A DNA stretch of 64,000 nt, taken from assembly GCF_036321535.1 (NCBI RefSeq), contig NC_087436.1, positions 113,460,001-113,524,000 on the forward strand, in the 5' to 3' direction. The notes under the pieces were generated by a model. The model ran no database searches and was not told the origin of the DNA. It saw only the letters and a list, made by a program, of their open reading frames with translations. Below, piece after piece: positions 63,390-64,000 of the stretch; position 1 is the first letter of the stretch; each line of letters starts with the position of its first letter. A program made the translations under genes and the position numbers. This DNA is from Camelus dromedarius. Its lineage: Eukaryota.

Positions 63390-63920
63390 ATTTCTTTCCC
63401 CATCATTTTTCGTTTATTATACTTTTTCAGCGTTCTTACCTGTCTCCCTGCAGGAGACTGAGCTCCCCGAAGTCAGGGACTGAGCCTGATCACCTTGGCA
63501 CATTGAAGGTCTCACCTCTAGGTAGAAGGTGTGGTTTGGCTAGTCACCTCAGGCCACCACCTGAGACGCTCTTCAGCCCTCACCAGGGCGACTGCAACAG
63601 CCTCTTAACTCTTCTGACTTTAGTTTACTCAGTCTTGTTGCCACTCTCCCCATCAAAGCCAGCAAAGTCTTGGAGATGTGAATTAGAGCAGTCCTTCCCC
63701 TGCTTAAAACCCTTTGATGCCCTCGGTCCTTTCGCGTGGCTTGGGGGATCTCTCATCACCTGACCTGGCTGAGCCCTGCAGCCCGGGCTCTGTCCACCCC
63801 GTCTCTCCAGCAGCTGGAGGTCCCCCATCATTCTCTAGTGCGGCCCAGTCCCTCACAGGTGACAGTAGCTGGTATTTATTGATCACTTGTATGCTAGGTA
63901 CTTTCTGATCACTCAGTCTG
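63390..63920 (+). mobile_element. L2 fragments; MIR begins at ~63930 (tttacagatgagaaaattgagac)
   Basis: ccctgcaggagactgagctcccc, cttcccctgcttaaaaccctttgatg. Confidence 0.6.
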
Positions 63921-64000
63921 CATTTTAATAAACCGCATAACTACCCCTGTGATAATTATTATAGCTCCTTTTACAGATGAGAAAATTGAGACTTGGAAAG

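Noticed and set aside
1-64000. CRISPR arrays, rRNA/tRNA/snRNA genes, CpG island promoter, operon-like systems
   Set aside because: I saw no spacer-repeat arrays or intact RNA gene sequences. The only tRNA-like sequence is the SINE head, and the DNA is clearly mammalian repeat-rich non-coding sequence.

Overview
This is mammalian, most likely camelid, non-coding genomic DNA, either intergenic or deep intronic. The lineage call rests on one tRNA-derived SINE at ~12856-12990 (-) that matches my recollection of the camelid Vic-1 SINE, and I saw no Alu, B1/B2, Bov-tA, PRE1 or CanSINE copies. Much of the window is ancient eutherian repeat debris: a ~1.6 kb HAL1/L1-ORF1 element, many L1M 3' ends, L2 and MIR fragments, MLT1/MLT2 LTRs, hAT and Tc2 MITEs (MER5A, MER58A, MER63, MER104), CR1/L3 relics and several microsatellites. 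There are four short N gaps (129, 131, 158 and 133 nt). I recognise no protein-coding gene, RNA gene, CpG island or CRISPR array. The ORFs in the supplied track look like chance or repeat-derived frames. I found no convincing previously undescribed biological system. The best leads are modest: a few exon-shaped segments with good splice signals (50946-51080, 32541-32669, 30297-30438), one of which lies antisense to a possible decayed hAT transposase motif, plus candidate enhancer motif clusters (~19.0-19.45 kb, ~52.4-52.6 kb). Repeat subfamily names come from remembered consensus sequences, not a database search, and repeat boundaries are approximate (about +/-30 bp or worse).
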